Source: Candidatus Eiseniibacteriota bacterium
Lineage (GTDB): Bacteria > Arandabacterota > Arandabacteria > Arandabacterales > Arandabacteraceae
Reading direction: 5' to 3'
Length of the DNA: 64,000 nucleotides
Assembly (NCBI GenBank): GCA_043810925.1
Contig: JBDRNT010000161.1
Location: forward strand, 1 to 64,000
Below the pieces are notes generated by a model. The model searched no databases, had not been told where the DNA came from, and saw nothing but the letters and a program-made list of their open reading frames with translations. The translations under genes and the position numbers were made by a program. Positions 55,465-64,000 of this stretch are shown one piece after another. Position 1 is the first letter of the stretch. Every line of letters starts with the position of its first letter.

Positions 55465-55812
55465 CTAACCTTTGAGCTTCCTCATTTCCTTTATGTCGTA
55501 AGTACCGTATCTCTCGTAGAGTCTCATCGCGATGGCTATGGTCATGGCAGTGACCCCAAGCCCAATGACAATCGCTGTCAGCACAAGCGCCTGAGGCACC
55601 GGATCGACGGATGTCCGGATGAAGGCCTCCGTCTCCATCCCCTTGCTCATAATGGGAGCGATTCCGTCCTTGCGATATCCGATCATCACCAGGAACAGGT
55701 TGACTGCACTTTCCATGATGATGAGACTGATTATGATCTTTATGAGATTTCTCTTCACCATCACTCCATAGAACCCGACCATGAAGAGCACAAGGCAGAG
55801 TGCGTAATGCAT
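55465..55812 (-). CDS. MrpC/MnhC-like antiporter subunit
   Basis: NLIKIII..VDPVPQALVLTAIVIG. Confidence 0.94.
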   Translation of the reverse strand: MHYALCLVLFMVGFYGVMVKRNLIKIIISLIIMESAVNLFLVMIGYRKDGIAPIMSKGMETEAFIRTSVDPVPQALVLTAIVIGLGVTAMTIAIAMRLYERYGTYDIKEMRKLKG

Positions 55813-55825
55813 CCCAATCTCCTTA

Positions 55826-56296
55826 CTAAGGCTTCTCCCCCGGTTCCCTGTGTATGATCTTCGTCATCACCAGAAGGATGAACACAAGGAACACCGAGCT
55901 GGCCACCTTAAGAGCTATCGCAATATTGCACAGCGGAATCGTCCCGGCACTCAGGAGCGAGAACGGTTTACCTGGATTCGACTTCGCTATGAAGTTCGTG
56001 AAAAATGTCCCACCCAATCCGCCGGCGATCCCTAAGAGTGCGATCACCAGGAACATCAGCGCCCCCACGCTGTCCAGCTCCGAGGCGACATCGATACGAA
56101 ATCTCTTGAGCGCTTCTTCCTTACCGTAGGCGAGTGTGAGAAGCACGAAAACCATGGCTATTATCACACCGCCCGCGAACCCGCCGCCGGGAGTCAAGTG
56201 TCCATAGAGGACGATGTAAATGCCGAAGACAAGAATGAATCCCTTTACCCATCCTGTTATGGTCTTGACTATAGGGGTCATCCCGTTAGACATCAT
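55826..56296 (-). CDS. MrpB/MnhB-like subunit
   Basis: YGHLTPGGGFAGG. Confidence 0.92.
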   Translation of the reverse strand: MMSNGMTPIVKTITGWVKGFILVFGIYIVLYGHLTPGGGFAGGVIIAMVFVLLTLAYGKEEALKRFRIDVASELDSVGALMFLVIALLGIAGGLGGTFFTNFIAKSNPGKPFSLLSAGTIPLCNIAIALKVASSVFLVFILLVMTKIIHREPGEKP

Positions 56297-56862
56297 TCCC
56301 CCCATTCTCCGGTTTCCGGATCGGAAGGTTTCTTGCGCGCCTTCCTGCGTATGACCGCGATCGCGCCGATTATCGCCGTGAAGAGCACCGTTGCCTCTCC
56401 AAGTGTGTCATAGGCCCTGTAATCCAGAAGTACCGCAGTTACGATATTGGCGGCCCCCGTTTCCTTGAGCCCGTTGGCGATGTAGAGTCTTGAAGGGGCA
56501 TCCATAATCCTCGTGATCACGGGTTCGCCGAATCGCGGCAGGTCGTCAAAAGCCCGTATCGCCGCGAGGAAGATCACTATCAACATCGCTATGCTAACCA
56601 TCATCCCGAAGAAATCGCGGTTGCCTACAAACGTCTTGAGACCCACCCTGAGCGTGGCCCGGATCAGTATCACAAGTACAAGCACCTCGACGACTATCGG
56701 CACTATCGCCACATCGGGCGCCCGCATGTAGAAGAACGCAATAATCAGTCCGAATCCGACTGCGGTCACAGATATGATCGCGGCCATGACATCCCGGGTT
56801 TCAATGGCAACTATTGCAGCGATTATCATGAACAGCAGCAATAGACCCATCATCTCAAGCAT
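56293..56862 (-). CDS. MbhD/MbhE-like fused subunit (MrpA C-terminal equivalent)
   Basis: MRAPDVAI and ANIVTAVLLDYRAYDTLGEATV. Confidence 0.9.
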   Translation of the reverse strand: MLEMMGLLLLFMIIAAIVAIETRDVMAAIISVTAVGFGLIIAFFYMRAPDVAIVPIVVEVLVLVILIRATLRVGLKTFVGNRDFFGMMVSIAMLIVIFLAAIRAFDDLPRFGEPVITRIMDAPSRLYIANGLKETGAANIVTAVLLDYRAYDTLGEATVLFTAIIGAIAVIRRKARKKPSDPETGEWGE

Positions 56863-56866
56863 GTTT

Positions 56867-58690
56867 TCACCTCAGTAGGATGACTACCAGAATAAACATT
56901 CCCGCAAGCATCCATGTCAGATACTCAGGTAGAATGCCTGTATGAACACCCCTAAGCCCCTTCACGAAGTAGAATGAGATGTTCCTGCCGATATTGTAGG
57001 TATCGAATGCGCACTTCTCAGCCCACTTGTACATGCTGCTGAAGAAGCCCATGTCGCTCACGGTTTTGTAGAAGTCCGATCCGGTAAGCCTCTCATCAGC
57101 CCGCAGGAGCTCGCCACCCACATACATCGAATCGGGCCTCACCGCCTTCAGCCTCCCCGCGGAGTAAATGATAAGCCCGATCACGACACCGGCGACTATC
57201 ATCACTGTGGCAAGTCCGGGGCTCCACCAACCGAGCCACTGGCTTACGTTCGGAACGGAAAGCGATGCCACCTCTTCAACCGCCGGCAGGATGAAGCCAC
57301 TCAAGGGAATCGCGTAAGCGAAGATACCGAACGCCATGCAGAGTATGGCGAGCACCAGCATTGGAATGGCCATTGCCGGACCGACCCTTCCGGGTACCTT
57401 ACCACCCTTGGCTCTTACACCAAGGAACACGGTATGCAGCACCTTCATGAAACTTGCAAGCGTGAGCGCTGATCCGAACATGGCAGCCACGAGCCAGATC
57501 ACCCACAAGTGGCCGCCGTTTTTCCCCATCTCTATGATTCCCTGATACACCATCCACTTGGACACGAAACCGTTAAGCGGCGGGATCCCGGATATCGCCA
57601 GTGCGGCGACGAGGCAACTGAAGAAGGTAACGGGCATGTACTTGGCCAGACCGCCGAGTTTGTCGAGATCGGTCGTGCCCTCCTGCTGTTCCACCGCACC
57701 GCCTACGAGGAAGAGACAACCTTTGTAAATCGCATTGTTTATCATGTGGAAGAGCCCACCGGCGACCCCGATGGGGTTCAAGGTGGCGATCCCGAGCACC
57801 ATGTAGCCTACCTGGGAGACCGCGTGATAGCCCAGAAGGCGTTTGAGATCATGTTGTACAAGCGCCATCATCACTGCGGCAATGATGGTAAACGCCCCCA
57901 CTATGAGCAGGAGCAGCATCATCCCCGGCGTGAGATTGAAAAGATAGAGCGATATACGCGCCAGGAGATAGATACCCAGCAGTTTATCAACGGATGCCGG
58001 GAGAAACGCGGTCACAGAGGTTGGAGCGTGTTCCGCCACGTTCGGTATCCAGCTGTGGAACGGCATCGCCCCGGCCTTTGCAAAAGCTCCGCAGGCAAAT
58101 AGAATGAAGGCGAACACGCCCAATCCGGTTATGGTGGGTATCGATGGCTGTGTCAGGCTTGTAGAACCGGTCATGGCCCACACAATGCCCACCGCAAGTA
58201 CCAGAAGCGCATCGGTGCCTCCGACGATTACCATCGTCTTCTTGGCGGCACCCGAGGCCTTTGGCCCACCGACGCTGATCAGCATGTAGAGCGTGAGCCC
58301 GAGGAAGCCCCAGAACGCAAGGAGCACGATCATATCATTGGCAAGTACGGCGCCGTATGCGGCTCCCAGCGTGAAGAGCATATAGGCATAGTACTGCTTG
58401 AGATACTTCTTGCCTCTCATAAAGCCCAGCGAGTAGAGGATCATTATTAGGCCGAAGAAGCCGACCCACAGGAGTATGAACGATGAGAGGGTATCGAGCC
58501 TGAAGATGGTCCGCCCGAACCACACGCTCTCCAGCCATCCCTGGCGGAAGAGTGTTATCGTGAAGTAGAAGGTCACCGCGGACACAATCAGGGCGATACC
58601 TTCCTTGAGGCCCTTAAAGGCATCGGGAACAATCCGTACAATCGCCCCAGCCACCAGAGGTACCAGAATGGTGTAGCCGATTAGATCCAT
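56867..58690 (-). CDS. NuoL/MrpA/HyfB-like antiporter subunit
   Basis: KAGAMPFHSWIP, KRLLGYHAVSQVGY, LFHMINNAIYK and GIPPLNGFVSKW. Confidence 0.92.
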   Translation of the reverse strand: MDLIGYTILVPLVAGAIVRIVPDAFKGLKEGIALIVSAVTFYFTITLFRQGWLESVWFGRTIFRLDTLSSFILLWVGFFGLIMILYSLGFMRGKKYLKQYYAYMLFTLGAAYGAVLANDMIVLLAFWGFLGLTLYMLISVGGPKASGAAKKTMVIVGGTDALLVLAVGIVWAMTGSTSLTQPSIPTITGLGVFAFILFACGAFAKAGAMPFHSWIPNVAEHAPTSVTAFLPASVDKLLGIYLLARISLYLFNLTPGMMLLLLIVGAFTIIAAVMMALVQHDLKRLLGYHAVSQVGYMVLGIATLNPIGVAGGLFHMINNAIYKGCLFLVGGAVEQQEGTTDLDKLGGLAKYMPVTFFSCLVAALAISGIPPLNGFVSKWMVYQGIIEMGKNGGHLWVIWLVAAMFGSALTLASFMKVLHTVFLGVRAKGGKVPGRVGPAMAIPMLVLAILCMAFGIFAYAIPLSGFILPAVEEVASLSVPNVSQWLGWWSPGLATVMIVAGVVIGLIIYSAGRLKAVRPDSMYVGGELLRADERLTGSDFYKTVSDMGFFSSMYKWAEKCAFDTYNIGRNISFYFVKGLRGVHTGILPEYLTWMLAGMFILVVILLR

Positions 58691-59904
58691 ATTCTATCCA
58701 TCCTCGAATTGTACTTCTCCATCAGCCTGTGGGTTTTCTCCTGCGACAACCTCAAGAGATCCTTCCATCCCATTACTTGCTTACCGCTGTTCGCGTCAAC
58801 GACCAGGGCCCTCTCGGTGCAGCAGTAACAGGGATCTATGGCAGCAAGTGTTATTGTGGCGTCTGAGACCGTGTAACCTATGACGGCGCGGTTATTGGTC
58901 GGCACGTTCATGAAGCTCGGAGCCCTTACTTTGTACCGTATGGGCCGGTTGGTGCCATCCGAGCGGGTATAATGGAAAACCTCGCCCCGGGGCGCCTCAT
59001 GGTGCCCAACACCCTCGCCTGGCGGGATCTCCTTAAGCTCGGCATCGATGCCGTCCCTGACCTCTCTCAGCTTCTCAAGACACTGCTTGCAGATCTTGAT
59101 GCACTCGACCATCTCAAGCACACGAACCACAACCTTATCGAACACATCCCCATTCTTGGTAACGACCACATCCCAGTCTACCAGGCCATAGGCTGCATAG
59201 GGGTGATCCCGCCTTACATCCCAGGGAACATCCGATGCTCTCGACGTTGGGCCAAGCGCACCGAGCTCAACACAGTCCTCTTTGGTGAGGACACCGACTC
59301 CCACTGTTCTCGCCTGGAGAACGGGATCGGAGAGAGCGATATCCCTGAACATGATCAAGGGCTTCATCAGACCATCAAGCAGCCTCATCGCCGTCGGGAT
59401 GTCCTCATCGGCAATGTCCCTTCGCACTCCGCCGGGTTTGAACATGGCGTAGTGGTTCCGGTTACCCGTTATCAACTCGAAGAGATCAAGCACAGGCTCC
59501 CTGTATTTCCACGCCCACATCCATACCGTGTTATAGCCCAGGAAGTGCCCGGCAAGCCCTAGCCAGAGCAGGTGCGAGTGTATCCGCTCGAGTTCACCGA
59601 TGAATGACCTTATGTACTTCACCCTTTCGGGGACATCGACATTAGCGACATCTTCGATGGCATTCACACAGGCAAATGGGTGTGATGAAGAGCAGATTCC
59701 GCAGATCCGTTCCACCAGGAACGGTATCTGATCGTAAGTAAGTCCCTCGGCGAGCTTCTCGATTCCCCTGTGGTTGTAGCCGATCTCGATTTCGAGCTTC
59801 ACAACCTTCTCGCCCTCCACGTGGAGCTTGAAAAACTCAGGCTCTTCCTGAAGAGGATGATATGGTCCTATGGGAATGATCTGGGTCTTATTCTTCGTTG
59901 CCAT
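58681..59904 (-). CDS. Group 4 [NiFe]-hydrogenase large subunit
   Basis: GYNHRGIEK; L1 motif ERICGICSSSH; EAPRGE; L2 motif DPCYCCTER followed by a cleavable C-terminal extension. Confidence 0.94.
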   Translation of the reverse strand: MATKNKTQIIPIGPYHPLQEEPEFFKLHVEGEKVVKLEIEIGYNHRGIEKLAEGLTYDQIPFLVERICGICSSSHPFACVNAIEDVANVDVPERVKYIRSFIGELERIHSHLLWLGLAGHFLGYNTVWMWAWKYREPVLDLFELITGNRNHYAMFKPGGVRRDIADEDIPTAMRLLDGLMKPLIMFRDIALSDPVLQARTVGVGVLTKEDCVELGALGPTSRASDVPWDVRRDHPYAAYGLVDWDVVVTKNGDVFDKVVVRVLEMVECIKICKQCLEKLREVRDGIDAELKEIPPGEGVGHHEAPRGEVFHYTRSDGTNRPIRYKVRAPSFMNVPTNNRAVIGYTVSDATITLAAIDPCYCCTERALVVDANSGKQVMGWKDLLRLSQEKTHRLMEKYNSRMDRIWI

Positions 59905-60355
59905 TTTCCCCACCCCTCGAGTCTTTCCAGTCCCGCCTTAAGGGATAATTGCCCTCCGGCCAATCATCCGTAAGCAAAAGATGTCTCATATCAGGATGAT
60001 TCCTGAACTCTATGCCAAGGAGCTCGTGCATCTCCCTTTCTATCCACTCAGTAGCCGGAATCCTCTCCGCGCAGGATTCTATCGAAGGCTTTTCGATATC
60101 GAGTATCACCCGCAGATTGAGAATACGGTCGGCAGCGTCAAGTGCGAAGTGATACAAAATCTCAAAGCTATGAACCATATGCATACCCGTCGCGATCTGG
60201 AACCGCGCACCCAGGTCCTTGTATACATACTCAGCAACATCCGGAAGTTTCGCCGGATCAACCGTTATGTAAGTCCGGCGCGGTGTTTTCTCAAAGACCT
60301 CGACGATTGCACCGCCGAACTTCGCTTTTATCTTCTCAAGGACCTCATCCGCCAT
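59888..60355 (-). CDS. NuoC/MbhK-like subunit
   Basis: EILYHF..WIEREMHELLGIEF..HPD..DWPEGNYPLR. Confidence 0.92.
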   Translation of the reverse strand: MADEVLEKIKAKFGGAIVEVFEKTPRRTYITVDPAKLPDVAEYVYKDLGARFQIATGMHMVHSFEILYHFALDAADRILNLRVILDIEKPSIESCAERIPATEWIEREMHELLGIEFRNHPDMRHLLLTDDWPEGNYPLRRDWKDSRGGENGNEE

Positions 60356-60371
60356 GTTCTAACCCATCCTC

Positions 60372-60803
60372 CTATTTCTTGAGCGCCGCAAGTTGAGCCT
60401 GAATAAGCGCGACAACACCCTGGATCATAGCCTCCGGCTTCGGAGGACATCCTGCTAAGTAAGCATGGACCTCCGTAACCTCATCGAGGGGCATCATCTG
60501 GTTATAGGACTTCCCGAACATCTCCATCGAACATGCGCAGTTGCCGACGGCGATAACGAAACACGGCTGGGCAGCCTGGGCCAGTACCCGCTTTAGCCTC
60601 TCACGGACCTTGCGGTTCATCGACCCTGTAACAAGCACGACATCAGCATGTCTTATGCTCCCTACAAGCTGAATCCCGAACCTCTCGACGTCGAATCGCG
60701 GGGTCAGGAGATCGAGTATCTCGATGTCACAGTTGTTGCATGGACTTGCCGCCATATGGAATACCCATAACGACTTGGTCAGAGCTTTAATCTTCAGACT
60801 CAT
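60372..60803 (-). CDS. Group 4 hydrogenase small subunit (NuoB/MbhJ-like)
   Basis: CNNCDIE, DVERFG..RHADVVLVTG, GNCAC and GCPPKPEA. Confidence 0.94.
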   Translation of the reverse strand: MSLKIKALTKSLWVFHMAASPCNNCDIEILDLLTPRFDVERFGIQLVGSIRHADVVLVTGSMNRKVRERLKRVLAQAAQPCFVIAVGNCACSMEMFGKSYNQMMPLDEVTEVHAYLAGCPPKPEAMIQGVVALIQAQLAALKK

Positions 60804-60813
60804 ACATCACTCC

Positions 60814-61749
60814 TCAAAGACCCAGAAACGCGAGTATCACGGCCAGTATCGCCAGTGGTGTCATTCTGGCCCAGAAGAACTTCATTATCTGGTCGATCCT
60901 GAGCCTCGGATTGGTGTTTCTCACAAGCGTTATGAAAAGCAGTATGCCTATATAGATCAAGACTGCGAACACGACATTGAGCCACGATTGCTGCCAGTTC
61001 ACGGCCCCGATGAAGAGCATCATGAGGAAGAAGGGAACCACAAACATCATCATCCACTGGGTTAGTTTAAAAAGACCCAGCGCGGCACCGGAATACTCGA
61101 TGTATGCGCCCGCCATAATCTCCGTCTCAGCCTCGGGCGCATCAAATGGGACTTTGGCAAGCTTGGCCTGCATGCATATGAGCCCGACCACAAAGGCAAT
61201 CACCCCCGACAACGAGCCGATCGCAGCGCCGCTCGTCGCCTGGTATTCAAGGATACCTCCCATCTTAATGGTGGCACCTGCCTTGATCACCGGAACGAGA
61301 ATCACAAGCAAAAACGGCAGCTCATAGGAAAGGATCATCTTCATCTCTCTCGACCCGCCCAGTGATGCAAGCGGGTTGGCCGATGCGAACGCACCCAGGA
61401 TCACCGCCTGCGACGGGATCGTGAGCAAATAGATCACGACTATGAGATCCCCGACGAATGTCTCTCCCGGAAATATCACCGTTCTCAGCATAATGGCGGA
61501 TACAACGGTCACTGCGGCGAGTCCGAAGAGGGGCGCGGCAAGAAACAGGAAGCGCGAACCTCCCTCGGGCACGACCACCTCCTTGGCAAGCAGCTTCACA
61601 AAATCATACAGCGGCTGGAAGAAAGGAGGTCCAACTCTCCATTGCACCCGTGCAGTGATCTTCCTGTCGAACCAGTGGGCAAACATACCGATCACCGCCG
61701 CCACGACAAAACCGCCAATCAGGAAACCAATGCCTTGAAGTAAGCTCAT
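60814..61749 (-). CDS. NuoH/MbhM-like membrane subunit
   Basis: DRKITARVQWRVGPP..QPLYDFVKLLAKE and PFDAPEAETE..EYSG. Confidence 0.94.
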   Translation of the reverse strand: MSLLQGIGFLIGGFVVAAVIGMFAHWFDRKITARVQWRVGPPFFQPLYDFVKLLAKEVVVPEGGSRFLFLAAPLFGLAAVTVVSAIMLRTVIFPGETFVGDLIVVIYLLTIPSQAVILGAFASANPLASLGGSREMKMILSYELPFLLVILVPVIKAGATIKMGGILEYQATSGAAIGSLSGVIAFVVGLICMQAKLAKVPFDAPEAETEIMAGAYIEYSGAALGLFKLTQWMMMFVVPFFLMMLFIGAVNWQQSWLNVVFAVLIYIGILLFITLVRNTNPRLRIDQIMKFFWARMTPLAILAVILAFLGL

Positions 61750-61758
61750 ATCACCCTA

Positions 61759-62274
61759 TTACCTTTTCCAGACTTCACACTTTACCACAAGATGGTCCCC
61801 AACCTTGTGGATGTTCTTTGACTCGTCGGGTTCCATCTCGGTGTATTTCACGGCCCCATCCGGGCCGGTCTTAACGCAAAGCGGTTCTTCGCCGGGCTTA
61901 AGCCTCTTGAGACAATAGTCACACCCGGATGCGAGGAAGGGTATGGCCTGCGGGTAGATCGTACCGAACGGGCACGCGACCGTACATGACCTGCAACCTA
62001 TACACCTCAGGGAATACCGCCTCAATATCCCGTCAGCGTCCTTCTCAAGCGCGTCTCTGGGACAGGAGATAACACAGTTCGCAGACTCGCATTGCCTGCA
62101 CACGACTGCATAGGTCGCAAGCTCCCTCAACGCGGCGATGCCGTCGTTACCGGGCCGCATTCCCCAGCGATCATAGGGATAGTAGCGATGAAACGGGTAG
62201 CTGCACTGGATATCAAGGTCGCCCTCGCGTTCCAGCCTGTCCAGAAGTTCAAGATCGATGAATACCTTCTTCAA
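61759..62274 (-). CDS. 4Fe-4S ferredoxin-like protein (DmsB/HycB-like, partial motif set)
   Basis: CRQCESANCVISCP, CIGCRSCTVACPFG and CDYC..PLCV. Confidence 0.88.
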   Translation of the reverse strand: MKKVFIDLELLDRLEREGDLDIQCSYPFHRYYPYDRWGMRPGNDGIAALRELATYAVVCRQCESANCVISCPRDALEKDADGILRRYSLRCIGCRSCTVACPFGTIYPQAIPFLASGCDYCLKRLKPGEEPLCVKTGPDGAVKYTEMEPDESKNIHKVGDHLVVKCEVWKR

Positions 62275-62292
62275 GTCTCTACCCTCGCGTCC

Positions 62293-63123
62293 TCAGTCCC
62301 AGATAGCGGGTTTGTCTTTTACCTGATCGTATGTGATAACCGGGCCGTCCTTGCAGACCATAAACTCACCGAGCATGCAATGACCGCACTTGCCGATCCC
62401 GCAGCTCATGTTCTTTTCCATGGAAAGATATATGGCATTGTCGGGAAATCCAAGTTCGACAAGTGTAAACGTCCCGAACTTCATCATCACAGGAGGGCCA
62501 CAGACCACACCTATGCTGTTGGCCAGATCCATACCCAGGTCTTTGACCACTGTCGTCACGACCCCGACGTTGCCCTTCCAGGAGGAATCACCCTCATCCA
62601 CGGTCAATCGTATCTCGATCTTCTTGTCAAGTTTGGGCCACTTCTCCTTGATAAGCTCCTTATACACAATGTCGTCAGGAGTTCTGGCGCCGTAGCAATA
62701 GATTATCTTCTTGAAATCGTCAAGCCTCTCGGTGAGTGCCAGGAAAAGTGCACGAAGCGGCGCACCGCCGACACCACCACCCACTATCAGGATCTCCTTG
62801 CCCTTCCAGGCATCAAGAGGATAGCCCTTGCCGAACGGGCCCCGCACACCGACGGTCGCACCCTTGTCCATGTGATGGATGGCATCGGTGACCTTACCCA
62901 CATTCATGATCGTGAAATCGATCTTGTCCTTGACACTGGGGGAAGATGACGGGGTGAAGGGTGCCTCACCCAAACCCGGCACCGTGAGTTCCATAAACTC
63001 CCCTGCCTTAAATCCGATGTCTTCCTTCGGGCCTACCGTGAAGGTTTTTATTGTGGGGGTCTCGGTGACCACATCAAGGATCTCAGCTGTAATTGGTCTG
63101 TAAACGTTCTTTACGACCGACAT
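62293..63123 (-). CDS. FAD/NAD(P)-binding 2Fe-2S protein (AsrB / sulfhydrogenase gamma-like)
   Basis: GEAPFT, VRGPFGKG, GGGVGGAPLR, CGPPVMM and MSCGIGKCGHC..VCKDGPV. Confidence 0.93.
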   Translation of the reverse strand: MSVVKNVYRPITAEILDVVTETPTIKTFTVGPKEDIGFKAGEFMELTVPGLGEAPFTPSSSPSVKDKIDFTIMNVGKVTDAIHHMDKGATVGVRGPFGKGYPLDAWKGKEILIVGGGVGGAPLRALFLALTERLDDFKKIIYCYGARTPDDIVYKELIKEKWPKLDKKIEIRLTVDEGDSSWKGNVGVVTTVVKDLGMDLANSIGVVCGPPVMMKFGTFTLVELGFPDNAIYLSMEKNMSCGIGKCGHCMLGEFMVCKDGPVITYDQVKDKPAIWD

Positions 63124-64000
63124 ATTTCCTTAAGCACCTTTCTCATGTCTATCTCGCCAGGGCAACCCACTATACACCTTCCACAACCTGTGCATGCTTC
63201 GAAACCATAGTTTTTGAAGAAGTAATCCAATTTGTGGTAGTACCTGTGTTTGAACCTTTCAACAAGATGGTCGCGCGGGTTCGCACCGCCTGCGACCCGG
63301 GCGAAGGACTTGTACGCACACGTATCCCACATCTTAAGACGCTTGTATTTGTCCTTGGTCTTCTGATCGTAAAGCAGGAAGCACTGGCATGTGGGACATA
63401 TGAAGAGGCATGCGCCGCACTCAACGCAGGTCTCGACATTCTTCGACCAGGCGTTGTCTTCATACGCTTTGGCCATGACAGCCTGCCAGGTATCGCTCGG
63501 TTTGAATTCTTTCGACTGTTTCTCGACTACGCCCGTTGTCTTCTTCCGAATGCCGTCGCGCTGGGACAGATGATTCTCCGTTGCGGCCTTGAACAGACCC
63601 TTGTTCTCCTCCACCACAGCTTTCCCCTTGTCACTCCCGACCTCTACGACGTAACCTCCCTCGATCCTGGCAAGACCAAGATCGAAACCCTTTTCCGCAT
63701 ACGGTTTGACACCGACGAGCACACAGAAACAGGTCTCGAGCGGGTCGGTGCAATCGATACCGACGATCAGGCTTTTGTTGCGTCTTTCCTCATAGAAGGG
63801 ATCCTTGAAATCTCCTTCGAGAAAAACCTTGTCCAGGGCCTCTATCGCTCTCAGGTCACAGCCCGCAGCACCGATAATCGTGAAAGGTCTTGATTCCTTG
63901 ATAGGGCTCTCGGTTGAAGGATACTCCGCCACTTCTTCAAGTGCGGAAAAGAAGAATGGTTTAAACGGTTGGAACGGCCTGACACCGGGGTAAGTGTAAT
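63111..64000 (-). CDS. 4Fe-4S dicluster protein (AsrA / sulfhydrogenase beta-like), 5' truncated by the window edge
   Basis: GCDL, DPFYEERR, CFC, CVECGACLFICPTCQC, WDTC and CTGCGRCIVGCP. The frame stays open upstream of 63932 to the window edge. Confidence 0.92.
   Translation of the reverse strand, partial: YTYPGVRPFQPFKPFFFSALEEVAEYPSTESPIKESRPFTIIGAAGCDLRAIEALDKVFLEGDFKDPFYEERRNKSLIVGIDCTDPLETCFCVLVGVKPYAEKGFDLGLARIEGGYVVEVGSDKGKAVVEENKGLFKAATENHLSQRDGIRKKTTGVVEKQSKEFKPSDTWQAVMAKAYEDNAWSKNVETCVECGACLFICPTCQCFLLYDQKTKDKYKRLKMWDTCAYKSFARVAGGANPRDHLVERFKHRYYHKLDYFFKNYGFEACTGCGRCIVGCPGEIDMRKVLKEICRS

Noticed and set aside
52229-61749. Annotation as NADH dehydrogenase I or Mbx/Mbs
   Set aside because: The large subunit keeps both CxxC nickel motifs and a maturation protease is encoded.

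Overview
A 64-kb stretch of chromosome from a moderately GC-rich, diderm, anaerobic bacterium. Outer-membrane beta-barrels and a DUF6754/FN3 protein suggest an FCB-related candidate phylum (inference only). Left to right: (1) the 5' part of a type I restriction-modification hsdM gene, translationally coupled to an XRE/controller-like gene; (2) a TAXI-TRAP transporter and an S41 peptidase, surrounded by REP-like palindromes; (3) an operon for a secreted ARPP-1(DUF6569)-like protein, a secreted vWA protein, a histidine kinase and an OmpR-type regulator, preceded by phased TGTAAA repeats; (4) amrS, a ferritin-like protein and rlmB; (5) gdhA followed by two PEP-synthase/PPDK ATP-grasp-only proteins, one fused to a sensor domain and a C-terminal nucleotidyltransferase; (6) a porin plus a Pst-like ABC operon whose promoter shares a 19-bp operator with an Rrf2 gene; (7) an orp (orange-protein)-like Fe-S/MinD-ATPase cluster with its sigma54 activator, two matching UAS palindromes and two sigma54 promoters; (8) a duplicated ATPase pair coupled to a multi-step two-component cascade ending in a ferredoxin and a stand-alone hdrA; (9) glnA and an alkaline phosphatase; (10) a large Mrp-linked group 4 [NiFe]-hydrogenase operon preceded by AsrAB/HydBG-like NAD(P)-linked subunits, truncated at the right edge. 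I recognised no rRNA, tRNA or CRISPR array. All calls come from reading motifs by eye; no database search was run.
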